Positions 1 through 12,579 of a DNA stretch of 64,000 nt are shown one piece after another. How positions within the stretch are numbered: the first letter of the stretch is position 1; every line of letters starts with the position of its first letter. Made by a program: the position numbers and the translations under genes. A model generated the notes under the pieces. That model was given only the letters and a program-made list of their open reading frames with translations. It searched no databases and had not been told where the DNA came from. Origin of the DNA: the human T2T-CHM13v2.0 reference genome, Homo sapiens; the NCBI RefSeq assembly GCF_009914755.1, contig NC_060932.1, one strand, 5' to 3'.

Positions 1-339
1 CAGCCTGCATTACTCCTGTCCCATGTTCAACACGAAATAGGGCCTCAGGAAATATTTACCAAATGAATGAATGGTTGCCTGTTCTAATTTTGTTTAACCA
101 CACTCTTGTCCTAAGCTTCTATGATGATACCCAGGGCCCCCGAGTTGTGCCAGTTCCACTACGGCGTGGATGCAAGGCGAGCGGCAGGGGAGCAGGTAAA
201 GGATGAGTAAGGGAAGCCGGCGGATCCGACGCATTAGAGAACAAGAAAAAGAAATCCTTAGAGACTGGGGGCCAACAAAGAGCCAGGCGCGGGCGAACCC
301 ACCAGGGGGGCCCCGGAGCCCCACATCCGCCGCTGGGAC

Positions 340-515
340 GACCTCCCCGCCCAGCATGGTCCGGGGCGCGGACCCGGCCCCGCGCCAGGCGCCCCCGGCC
401 CCGCACCCGGCGCCCTCCGCAGCTCCCGCCCCCGGGGCGGTGCCGGGAAAACGCGGCGCCTCCGCCGGTCACGTGGGGGCCGCTCCGGCGGGCGGCGCTG
501 CCGCTTCCCAATCGC
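340..515 (+). promoter_or_regulatory. MFHAS1: TATA-less proximal promoter: GC boxes, USF/MiT-type E-box, CCAAT
   Basis: CCCCGCCC at ~344-351, GGGGCGG at 434-440, GTCACGTGG at 468-476, CCAAT at 508-512; no TATA box. The TSS cannot be determined from sequence alone. Confidence 0.55.
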
Positions 516-828
516 GCCCTCCCAGCGCCGGGGACGCGGCGCCCGCGCTCCCGCCCGAGCCCGGGGAAACGGAGACAAGGAGGCGCCGCCGCCCCCTCCC
601 CGCGGCTGCGCCCCAGCCCTGCGCCCGCAGCATGCCCGCCGCCGGGCCGAGCGCCGCCCTCCCCCAGGAGCTCGAGGAGGCGACGCCGCTGCCGGCCGCG
701 GGACCGCGGCTGCGAGGGTAGCGGGGCCGGAGCCGGGCACCCCGAGGCGCCGCGCGGCGGGCGGAGAGGGAGGAGGAGCAGGCATCCTCCGCGGCGCGCG
801 GGCGGCGGCCCTGCTGCCCGGCGCGCCC

Positions 829-912
829 ATGGCCCGGCCGCAGGGAGAATGCAAGCTGCTCTCCACGCGCTCGGCGTCCCCCGGAGCCGCTCGCGTCGCC
901 GCCGCCCCCTAG
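829..912 (+). other. Upstream ORF, 27 aa (MARPQGECKLLSTRSASPGAARVAAAP)
   Basis: ATG at 829 (cccATGG) to TAG at 910-912; same frame as the main CDS but terminates before it. Confidence 0.5.
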
Positions 913-1268
913 CCGCCAGCGCTCGGCCGCTGGCTGCGCTAGGACCCGCGGCCGCCGGCCGCCGAGCGCGGGAGGGCAGGCAGGGGCAGGAGCCGGAGGG
1001 CCCGGGGCGCGGCGCGGCATGTAGCTGCGGGCTCCCGCGTCCGCGTGAGGCTGTCGGCCCGGGGCCCCGCCATGGCTGGGATGGACAGTGGCAACCTGAA
1101 GACCGCGAGGCTGTGGCGGGACGCCGCCCTGCGTGCCAGGAAGCTGCGGAGCAACCTGCGCCAGCTCACGCTTACCGCCGCCGGGGCCTGCCCCGGGGCC
1201 GGGGCCGACGCGCTCGAGTCCCCCGCCTCCCCCCAGCTCGTGCTGCCGGCCAACCTCGGGGACATTGA
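849..1268 (+). other. Out-of-frame overlapping upstream ORF, 139 aa
   Basis: ATG at 849 (A at -3) stays open across the main ATG 1072 to a stop ending at 1268. Confidence 0.45.
1019..1024 (+). other. Start-stop element ATGTAG
   Basis: gcggcATGTAG, 53 nt upstream of the main ATG, with G at -3. Confidence 0.5.
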
Positions 1269-4069
1269 GGCACTGAACCTGGGGAACAACGGCCTGGAGG
1301 AGGTACCCGAGGGGCTGGGGTCGGCGCTGGGCAGCCTGCGCGTCCTGGTCCTGCGCAGGAACCGCTTCGCCCGGCTGCCCCCGGCGGTGGCCGAACTCGG
1401 CCACCACCTCACCGAGCTGGACGTGAGCCACAACCGGCTGACCGCCCTGGGCGCGGAGGTGGTGAGTGCTCTGAGGGAGCTGCGGAAGCTCAACCTCAGC
1501 CACAACCAGCTGCCCGCCCTGCCCGCCCAGCTGGGCGCTCTCGCTCACCTGGAGGAGCTGGATGTCAGCTTTAACCGGCTGGCGCACCTGCCTGACTCCC
1601 TCTCCTGCCTCTCCCGCCTGCGCACCCTGGACGTGGATCACAACCAGCTCACTGCCTTCCCCCGGCAGCTGCTGCAGCTGGTGGCCCTGGAGGAGCTGGA
1701 CGTGTCCAGCAACCGGCTGCGGGGCCTGCCTGAGGATATCAGTGCCCTGCGTGCCCTCAAGATCCTCTGGCTGAGTGGGGCCGAGCTTGGCACGCTGCCC
1801 GCCGGCTTCTGCGAGCTGGCCAGTTTGGAGAGCCTCATGCTAGACAACAACGGGCTGCAGGCTCTGCCCGCCCAGTTCAGCTGCCTGCAGCGGCTCAAAA
1901 TGCTCAACCTCTCCTCCAACCTCTTCGAGGAGTTCCCTGCCGCGCTGCTGCCCCTGGCTGGTCTGGAGGAGCTCTACCTTAGTCGCAACCAGCTCACCTC
2001 GGTGCCATCCCTTATCTCGGGCCTGGGCCGGCTTCTCACCTTGTGGCTGGATAATAACCGCATCCGCTACCTGCCGGACTCCATCGTGGAGCTGACCGGC
2101 CTGGAGGAGCTCGTGCTGCAGGGGAACCAGATCGCGGTGCTGCCCGACCACTTTGGCCAGCTCTCCCGGGTGGGTTTGTGGAAGATCAAAGACAACCCAC
2201 TGATCCAGCCCCCCTACGAGGTCTGCATGAAGGGGATCCCCTACATCGCAGCCTACCAGAAGGAACTGGCTCATTCCCAGCCGGCGGTGCAGCCCCGGCT
2301 CAAGCTGCTCCTGATGGGGCATAAGGCTGCAGGAAAGACTTTGCTGCGCCACTGCCTCACCGAGGAGAGAGTGGAGGGATGCCCAGGAGGAGGGGACAAG
2401 GAGAAGTGCTACCCACCGTCACCTCCCCCTGTGAGCAAGGGCATCGAGGTGACCAGCTGGACGGCCGATGCCTCCCGGGGCCTGCGGTTCATCGTGTATG
2501 ACTTAGCTGGGGATGAAAGTTATGAGGTGATCCAGCCCTTCTTCCTGTCCCCAGGGGCCCTATACGTGCTGGTGGTCAACTTGGCCACCTATGAGCCTCG
2601 CCACTTTCCTACCACCGTGGGCTCCTTCTTGCATCGGGTCGGGGCGAGAGTGCCCCACGCGGTGGTGTGCATCGTGGGCACCCACGCAGACCTGTGCGGA
2701 GAGCGTGAGCTGGAGGAGAAATGTCTGGACATTCACCGCCAGATCGCCCTGCAGGAGAAGCACGACGCGGAGGGACTGAGCCGCTTGGCCAAGGTGGTGG
2801 ACGAGGCACTGGCCCGGGACTTCGAGCTGCGCTCTGCCAGCCCCCACGCAGCCTACTATGGCGTTTCGGACAAGAACCTTCGACGGCGCAAGGCCCATTT
2901 TCAATACCTGCTCAACCACCGGCTGCAGATCCTCTCCCCCGTGTTGCCTGTTAGCTGCAGGGACCCGCGCCACTTACGACGCCTTCGGGACAAGTTGCTG
3001 TCAGTTGCTGAGCACCGAGAGATCTTCCCCAACTTACACAGAGTACTGCCTCGATCCTGGCAGGTGCTGGAGGAACTGCATTTCCAGCCACCTCAGGCCC
3101 AGCGACTGTGGCTAAGCTGGTGGGACTCGGCGCGCTTGGGCCTGCAGGCGGGTCTGACCGAGGACCGACTGCAGAGTGCCCTCTCCTACCTGCATGAGAG
3201 CGGCAAGCTACTCTACTTTGAGGACAGTCCGGCTCTCAAGGAGCACGTCTTCCACAACCTCACCCGCCTCATCGACATCCTCAATGTCTTCTTCCAGAGG
3301 GATCCCTCTTTGCTGCTGCATAAGCTGCTCCTAGGGACCAGTGGAGAGGGCAAGGCGGAGGGGGAAAGCTCCCCGCCCATGGCGCGGTCCACCCCCAGCC
3401 AGGAACTGCTCCGGGCCACCCAGCTCCATCAGTATGTGGAGGGCTTTCTGTTGCATGGGCTCTTGCCAGCTCATGTCATTCGGTTGCTGCTTAAGCCTCA
3501 TGTCCAGGCCCAGCAGGACTTGCAGCTGTTGCTGGAGCTGCTGGAGAAGATGGGACTCTGTTACTGCCTCAATAAACCCAAGGGCAAGCCTTTGAATGGG
3601 TCCACAGCTTGGTACAAGTTCCCATGCTATGTGCAGAACGAGGTGCCCCATGCAGAAGCCTGGATTAATGGGACCAACCTAGCTGGGCAGTCTTTTGTGG
3701 CTGAGCAGTTGCAGATTGAATATAGCTTTCCTTTTACTTTTCCACCTGGGTTGTTTGCACGCTACAGTGTCCAGATCAACAGCCATGTGGTGCACAGGTC
3801 GGATGGTAAATTTCAGATCTTTGCCTATAGAGGGAAAGTTCCTGTGGTTGTGAGTTACAGACCTGCCAGGGGAGTCCTGCAGCCAGACACCCTGTCCATT
3901 GCTAGCCATGCATCATTACCAAATATATGGACCGCATGGCAAGCCATAACCCCCTTGGTGGAGGAACTGAATGTCCTACTTCAGGAATGGCCTGGACTGC
4001 ACTACACCGTGCACATTCTCTGTTCTAAGTGCCTTAAGAGAGGATCGCCCAATCCACATGCTTTTCCAG
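1072..4069 (+). CDS. MFHAS1: MFHAS1/MASL1 coding exon 1 (aa 1-999): leucine-rich repeats, ROC GTPase and COR domain
   Basis: Strong Kozak gccgccATGG-like context (ccccgccATGG) at 1072 giving MAGMDSGNLKTARLW. 13 LRRs plus a cap, the Roco linker DNPLIQPP, P-loop GHKAAGKT, DLAG, THAD and a COR region. Consensus donor CAG|GTAAGT at 4069|4070, phase 1. The protein sequence is recognisable as human MFHAS1. Confidence 0.97.
1261..2223 (+). other. MFHAS1: LRR array: 13 repeats of 23-24 aa plus a capping repeat
   Basis: Repeated LxxLxLSxNxLxxLP from DIEALNLGNN to RVGLWKIKDNPLIQPPYEV. Confidence 0.93.
2296..3020 (+). other. MFHAS1: ROC GTPase domain coding region
   Basis: G1 GHKAAGKT at 2317-2340 (K422), G3 DLAG at 2500-2511, G4 THAD at 2680-2691, G5-like VSC at 2950-2958. 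Confidence 0.9.
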
Positions 4070-4514
4070 GTAAGTGGAGAGAGGGAGAAGTTCTTCTGTG
4101 GTGTGCTGTAAGATATGTTTTTGGAGATACTTGGTTGTCATTTGGCAGAATGTTTGTTTAACTTCACGGGTTCTCCAGGAAAGCTTCGTAAGGGAAACAC
4201 AGGGAGATTTGGAGATGAGCAAAAGGTAGTAAGTACCTGAGCCTTATGAAATGCAGTCACAAGTGTCATCCTCTCCTAACAGACTCAGACTTCCAAAATG
4301 GGTTCCAGTCACAACATTTGCCATCTCCTTTCCCCTCTTGTCGATGTAGCCCACATTTGGTGGAAGGAAATTTCAGGTGGTTGAACAGATAGATTCTGGA
4401 CAGTGTCCGATGTTAGCCTCTTACTGATCGTTGGCTAAAGTGTTCATTAGACACGTCTCAAAGGGGTAGATGAGTTTGAGTTTCAAGTGTCCAGTGTCAC
4501 AATTTTTTAAAAAA

Positions 4515-4635
4515 CTTAAATTTTCGTGAGTACATAGGTTTGTATATTTGTGGGGTGCATGAGATGTTTTGATACAGGCATGCAATGCATAGAAATCAGA
4601 TTGTAAAATGCGGTATCCATCCCCTCAAGCATTTA
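4515..4635 (-). mobile_element. L1MA 3' end fragment
   Basis: gtacataggt...tggggtgcatgagatgttttgatacaggcatgcaatgcat...gtatccatcccctcaagcattt matches the L1MA 3' terminus in reverse. Confidence 0.75.
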
Positions 4636-5102
4636 AGCACTCTGCTTACATTCAGAATGTAATTAGAAAGTAAAAATTACTGCTCACTTTTCTTAAGAAA
4701 TTCCAGAGAAAATCTTTTGTAATTGGAGTGAACAATGGATGAGTAAAGACAGAAATTTCAGACTGTAATGCATGACTAAATCCTGGGGCTGCTGCTCCCC
4801 TCCGCCCACTCAGGGACATGGAAGATAGATGACTGAAATCTTTGAGGGGCGTTTCCTCGGGAATTTCCTGGCAGTTTCGAGTTTTATAGACGTCTTAAGG
4901 TTTGTTTTTTGGTAAGTGTTAAGCAAATGAAGCTTTCTGGCAGTGCTTAATAATTGAGACGGAAGGGACAGAAAGCTAAGAGTTTTCTGGAGAGTGTTTT
5001 CCAGTAGACTTTTTTTTCGTTTTCTTTTTTTAAACCATCATAAGCAAGTGGAAGAATTCCAGGACTAGTTGTCTGGGGTTTTTTGTTTTTTTTTTTTTTG
5101 AA

Positions 5103-5480
5103 GACTTTTTTTTTTTTCTTAGAGCAGTTTTAAGTTTATAGCAAAACTGAACAGAAGGTACAGAGATTTCCCATATATCCCCTTCCCCACATGCGTAGCT
5201 TCACCAACGTCAACATCTCCCACCAGAGCAGTACATTTGTTTCAGTTGATAAACCTGCAGTGACACATCAGTACCAGCCAAAGGTCATAGTTTACACAGG
5301 GTTTACTCTGTGTTGGGCATTCTGTGGGTTTGGACAAATGTCCAATGACCTGTATCCCCCATTATAGTATCATACAGAGTAGTTCTACTGCTTTAAAAAT
5401 CCTCTGTGCTCTGCCAATTCATTCCCCCCAACCCCGGCAACCACAGATCTTTTTACTGTCTCCATAAGTTTTGCGTTTTA
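5103..5480 (-). mobile_element. L1MC-type 3' UTR fragment
   Basis: tagagcagttttaagtttatagcaaaactgaacagaaggtacagagatttccc...ggcaaccacagatctttttactgtctccat; same family as 31241-31580. Confidence 0.75.
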
Positions 5481-5590
5481 CTTATATGGGATTTTTTTCT
5501 TTTGAGCCTGGTTAATTGGTATCAAACTAGTTTTTAGTTGGGAACGTGTCCATTTCCTCATCCTTTGTAGTTCTTTAAACAACTGTTTTT

Positions 5591-5614
5591 GTGTGTGTGT
5601 GTGTGTGTGTGTGT
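5591..5614 (+). repeat. (GT)12 microsatellite
   Basis: Seen directly. Confidence 0.95.
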
Positions 5615-6933
5615 TTTGTTTTTTGTTTTTTTGTGGAGCAGGTGGTTAACAACATTCCAAGTGTCCTAAGCACAAACCAGACAGAACAATAGCATCCTTG
5701 CACGTTTCTCACCTGGGTCCCCACCCCCAGGGGACCCGGAGGGGTGATGAAATGGAAGACTGCGTCCCACTCTGATCTTTGTCCTGGTCAGAGAGGGACA
5801 ACAAGAATGCAGCTGGTAATAGTATCAGGAAGGAATTGAATACCAATATTTCCGAAGGTGACATCTTTCCGTTGCCCTGGATCTAGGTTGAATTTAATTC
5901 TTAAGCATGAAAAAAGCCAGCGTATTCAGTTACCAGTCAACTGAGACATCCATTCTGTATGTTTATCTGGAATCTTGTCACACTCCATGACTTGGTAGAC
6001 TCTTCAGTTTGTTTTATATTTGTCATTGTGTGTTATTCATGGAAGCAAGATACTTCTTTATTGTGATACCAAATGGAATAAAGTGACTGGGAGTTACGCA
6101 TTTACAGGGTAGTTTACTGAAGGAGCAACCTGAAGCCATTCTTAATCCAAAGTAATAAAAACGAATGTTATTAACAACAAAAGGAGAGACATAGGTTATT
6201 GAGCAAGTAAAGATCTTCTAAGAACTTTGAGGAGTTAGGGGCGAGGCTGGAGGTTTTTTTTTTTTTTTTTTTGTTTTTTTTGCTAACGTCAGCTCTTTAT
6301 GTTTAATTTTTACCAGTCATAAATTCCACAGACAAGCTTGTACTGAGATGCAGAAACAAGCCCCTTGTCTTGTGTTGTCTATTTGCCTTTCAAATGAGGC
6401 ACACCTGGTTTTGCAATCCAGGCTATAAGGAAGAGATTTTTTTTCAATGTGGAAAACAAATGATTGAAAAATTGTAAAATTATCTTATAGATTGAATAGG
6501 AATAAATCATCAGTTGTTTTTAGAGCACGATTATAAAATATATACATATACATATAATTATAAAATATGTACATATAAAATATATATGTATATATACACC
6601 AACGTACATATTTTTGTCTTATAGTCTTTTTGTTTTTTTTTGAATTGTGTTGTTTTTCAAAAGTAGCAGAGGGTATAGAATAGTAGAAAACATGATTATA
6701 GTACATTTCTCGTTACATTAAGAAGATGCAAAAAACATTTTCCTCTTCTGTATTTTTCTGTGATAGCCATCATTTGTTAGTAATTGTTACAGTTACGAAA
6801 GATTTGGTAAAAGTTAAAATAATGAGTTAGAAATAAAAGCTAAATGTGGGAACAGAATTATGTTGAGTGTTTAAGTAGAGCATACATTAAAAATAGATTC
6901 ATTGAATCCCTAGATTATTAAAATATATATTAA

Positions 6934-7288
<355 letters not shown>

Positions 7289-7663
7289 ACCTTTGTCTTT
7301 TTAAGAAGTCATTTTGCTTCTGGGGACATTAAAAATTGTTTACTTTTATGTTTTATAAAAGCGTTAAGTTGTCCTATAAACTATAACAATTTTATATGCA
7401 ACGCTGAAAAAGTTGGACTTTGAATTTTCTTAACTTTGGGATGTTACAGTAAAAGTAAATAGTAAATTACTGTCTCTCTTGATTTTATACAGAAAAAATG
7501 TATAAAGTTGCACTAATATCTTTTAAAGTATTTTTATGTGAAAAGCCTATTTTGGCCTTGTCCTGTTGGATTTTCTGGCCTGAGCTGCCCTACTGTAGTT
7601 GACCACGGGAAGTATAATGGTAAATTTCTCTTTTCTTATTTTGGTTTATACAAGAAAAGTAAT

Positions 7664-7944
<281 letters not shown>

Positions 7945-8155
7945 GAAATGATTGGAAAATGCACATCCAGCAATCACTAGTTTCATAGTTTTTTGTAAAA
8001 ATAAATCACATTGTCAGAGAGAAGACCTATTTGTCTTATTTAAAATAGGTAATCTGACAACGTGATTATCTTTTTAAGACATCTTATTTAAGACAAATGG
8101 GTTGAGTGACAGGAGATTCTTTTGGAAACTCGGAGATGGCCTATGATGAAGCCTA

Positions 8156-8509
<354 letters not shown>

Positions 8510-9161
8510 TCATTGGTTGGTCCTGTATACTTGTCTTAGAGCAAGTTTCTTCTTGTGGGATATTTGTTTATGCTTTTATTCTGTTCTACCAGTATGACCT
8601 CTAAACTCAAAGAGTTGGTACTCTTGAAGTTGAGTGAGGGTACATTAAGATGTGGTGGTTAGGACACGGGCCTGCAGCAAGATTCAAGTGCTTTGATATT
8701 CCTTTTAAGCAGATGAGTGAATACTGTGTTTTTGAATTGGAAGAGTGTGTCTTAGTGAGTTAAACTTGCATTGACTGCAGATTTTCACTAAATATCCTAC
8801 TCTCCAAATTATTTAAGGTCATTTTAAAAAATAAGGAGAAAGCAACCCAAATCAGTAGACAGAATGAGTTATGTGGCTTTCTTTAGCTTTACTGTCTTTC
8901 ATTTACTCAGTAACTTGATGCCTTTTTGTATCTCATGCCAAATGTCTTCTGTCCCTCAGTTTCTTGCACACGGAGTGTACCTCTCCGACAACACAGCATA
9001 TTTGACTTGTTTTGTTGGTGTTTGGTTGCGTCATGATATATCTTTGATTAGGTTGTTCACTTGCTGCTTCTGAGCCAGAGACACACCCGAGACTTAGTAG
9101 CTTCTGCAGAGCCTCTCAGATGTTTGCTGAATGATAGTTTGGTCTTTTTGTGAGAAATAAC

Positions 9162-9449
9162 TTTTTTTTTGGGGGGGTGGGGGCAGGGTCTCACTCTGTC
9201 ACCGAGGTTGGAATGCATTGGGGCAATAATGGCTTACTGCAGCCTCGACCTCTTGGGCTCAGGTGATGATCCTCCTACTTCAGCCTCCTGAGTAGCTGGG
9301 ACTCCAGAAACACCCTACCATGCCTGGCTAATTTTTGTGTTGTTTTGTAGAGACAGGGTTTCGCTGTGTTGCTCAGGCTGGTCTCAAAGTCTGCCTGCCT
9401 CAGCCTTCCAAAGTGCTGGGATTATAGGCTTGAGCCACCATGCCCTGCC
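9162..9449 (-). mobile_element. AluJ
   Basis: Antisense dimer with the J-type gcagcctcgacctc. Confidence 0.88.
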
Positions 9450-10044
9450 TGAGAACTATCTCTTTTTCTTTGTTATTCACACACTCAGTGAAAATCCCAG
9501 GTAGTATTGTAATGATTATCTGGCTTTGTTTAGCTTCCCAACTCCCTCCCCCTCACAGTGTTCCTCCAGCATTCCCATTGTGCGTCTATGACTGGTCTTA
9601 CCCTTGAATGGGTCCTTCATTTTGACCACTGAAGCAAAGCAAAATTCTTGCCTTATTATATCTAAGTTTTAGAATTACTGGAATTTGAGCATGACCTAGT
9701 TGTTTGGATTGAATTAGTCATTGTTTTTAATTTTACAAAGGTTTTTCAATATCTCTTTGGTTAAGCTTTATTAATATTGATGCTTCTTGGCTTTTCTTTT
9801 TATGAATAGGCCTCTGAACTCCCTGGGACTTTGTTTTATGTAAAAATCAAAACCTTAATCAGGCACTAGGATAAACAAATACTGTGCAGAATAGAGTTCT
9901 AGAAGGCTAGAAAGGCCTTTGGAGTATTTGAATTATTTTAAATATTAGGTGCCTCTTCTTTAAACCCTGGAATAGACTCTTAAGTCCATCTCTGCACAAG
10001 TAGTTTAGAATTTCCTAAAGTATTTTTTCTTTAATTTTTTTTTT

Positions 10045-10050
<6 letters not shown>

Positions 10051-10092
<42 letters not shown>
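10051..10092 (+). repeat. (GT)21 microsatellite in the tail of an Alu monomer
   Basis: Seen directly. Confidence 0.95.
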
Positions 10093-10095
<3 letters not shown>

Positions 10096-10097
10096 TG

Positions 10098-10218
10098 AAA
10101 TAGAGATAGGGCCTTTTTATGTTGCCCAAGCTGGTCTTGATCTCCTGGCCTCAAATGGTCCTCCCCACTCAGCCTCCCAAAATGTTGGGATTAGAGGCGT
10201 GAGCCACCATACCCAACC
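10098..10218 (-). mobile_element. FLAM or Alu left monomer
   Basis: Only the left-arm sequence is present, antisense. Confidence 0.8.
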
Positions 10219-10401
10219 AGTATTTTTTATTTAGTGGATATTTTATGTCATACTCTGAGGTTATTCCCCTTTGTCCGTGAAGAGGTGAGGGGCTTTAACT
10301 CTGTATTATAGGAGGGGAATGAGTGGGGAAAGGAGGAATTGGACATTTCTGTTTTTCTTCTCATCTACCTATTAACTTGCTTCTATCCATGGGAGCCCTT
10401 T

Positions 10402-10727
<326 letters not shown>

Positions 10728-10956
10728 TAAGGACACCTGACCATCCATCCATTAGGGCATCAGAATGCCTGCTGATTTTGTTTTGTTTTGTTTTGAAAAC
10801 CAGCGGGTGGGTGCAGGCCCAGTACTGCCCTCTCTTGTCTCTGGCAGCCTTGGCGTCCCTGTTCCCTGGGGATGGAGGTCTGCTTTGTGTTTCCAGTCTT
10901 TGTGGAAAGCACATCAGGTAGGCTCAGGTCTCAGTCCTCTCTGGTTCAGCTTTTCT

Positions 10957-11263
10957 TTTCTTTTCTTTTTGTTTTTGTTTTGAGACGGAGTCTTGCTCTG
11001 GCGCCCAGGCTGGAGTGCAGTGGCACAGTCATGGCTCACTGCAACCTCCACCTCCTGGGTCCAAGTGATCCTCCTGCTCCAGCCTCCTGAATAGCTGGGA
11101 CTACAGGGGTGCACCACCATGCCTGGCTAATTTTTGTATTTTTAGTAGACACAGGGTTTCACCATGTTGGCCAGGCTGGTCTCAAACTCCTGACCTCAGA
11201 TGATCCTCCCTCCTCGGCCTCCCAAAGTGCTGGGATTACAGGCATGAGCCACCGCACCCAGCC
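10957..11263 (-). mobile_element. AluS
   Basis: Antisense dimer; TSD TGGTTCAGCTTTTCT at 10942-10956 and 11264-11278. Confidence 0.93.
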
Positions 11264-11478
11264 TGGTTCAGCTTTTCTGATTGCAACATTAATTGCTGGG
11301 GGGTGGTTGTCAGGTTTACCTTCTTCTGGGGGCTGGCAGCCTTCACTTCAGCAGGGAGGGATTAGGAACCCCTGTTTGGCCTGCCTTCTCCAAGGCTGCT
11401 CTAGCATGAATGAAGCTGTGCAATGCCTGGCACAGGGCAGATCAGGTAGAAGGGGTCAGAGCAGGTTGGTTATTTTGA

Positions 11479-11670
<192 letters not shown>

Positions 11671-11717
11671 TTTCTTAATTGATGCCTGGCAAGTGCTTTT
11701 TTGGTTGTTTATGATAT

Positions 11718-12243
<526 letters not shown>

Positions 12244-12295
12244 TGAGGCAGTGAATACTCCAACCTCCCAAAGCTGATGGTTCACTGGCTGCTGC

Positions 12296-12579
12296 TTTCT
12301 TTTTTTTTTTTTTTTTTTGAGACGGAGTCTTACTCTGTCACCAGGTTGGAGTGCAGTGGCTCAATTCTCCTGCCTAAGTTCAAGTGATTCTCCTGTCTCA
12401 GCCTCTCGAGTAGCTGGGATTACAGGCAACTGCCACCACGCCTGACTAATTTTTGTATTTTTAGTAGAGACAGCGTTTCACCATGGTGGCCAGGCTGATC
12501 TCAAACTCCTGACCTCAGGTGATCCGCCCGCCTCAGCCTCCCAAAGTGGGATTACAGGCGTGAGCCACCATGCCCAGCC
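12296..12579 (-). mobile_element. AluS with internal deletion
   Basis: Antisense dimer with a shortened right arm. Confidence 0.9.

Larger units (their letters stand above)
280..3400. promoter_or_regulatory. CpG island covering the promoter, 5' leader and much of coding exon 1
   Basis: Very high GC with dense, undepleted CG dinucleotides from ~280, fading gradually after ~3300. Boundaries judged by eye. Confidence 0.9.

Noticed and set aside
203-721. 172-aa Pro/Ala-rich ORF upstream of the gene
   Set aside because: Low-complexity translation of CpG-island sequence that probably starts upstream of the TSS; no evidence of coding function.
1045-1071. ORF-track start at GTG 1045 (MRLSARGPA extension)
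   Set aside because: Non-ATG start; the ATG at 1072 has a strong Kozak context and gives the recognised N-terminus.
469-1641. 390-aa antisense ORF and other minus-strand ORFs over exon 1
   Set aside because: Shadow frames of GC-rich, CTG-rich coding sequence with few stop codons; the 390-aa ORF has a non-ATG start and no domain-like content.
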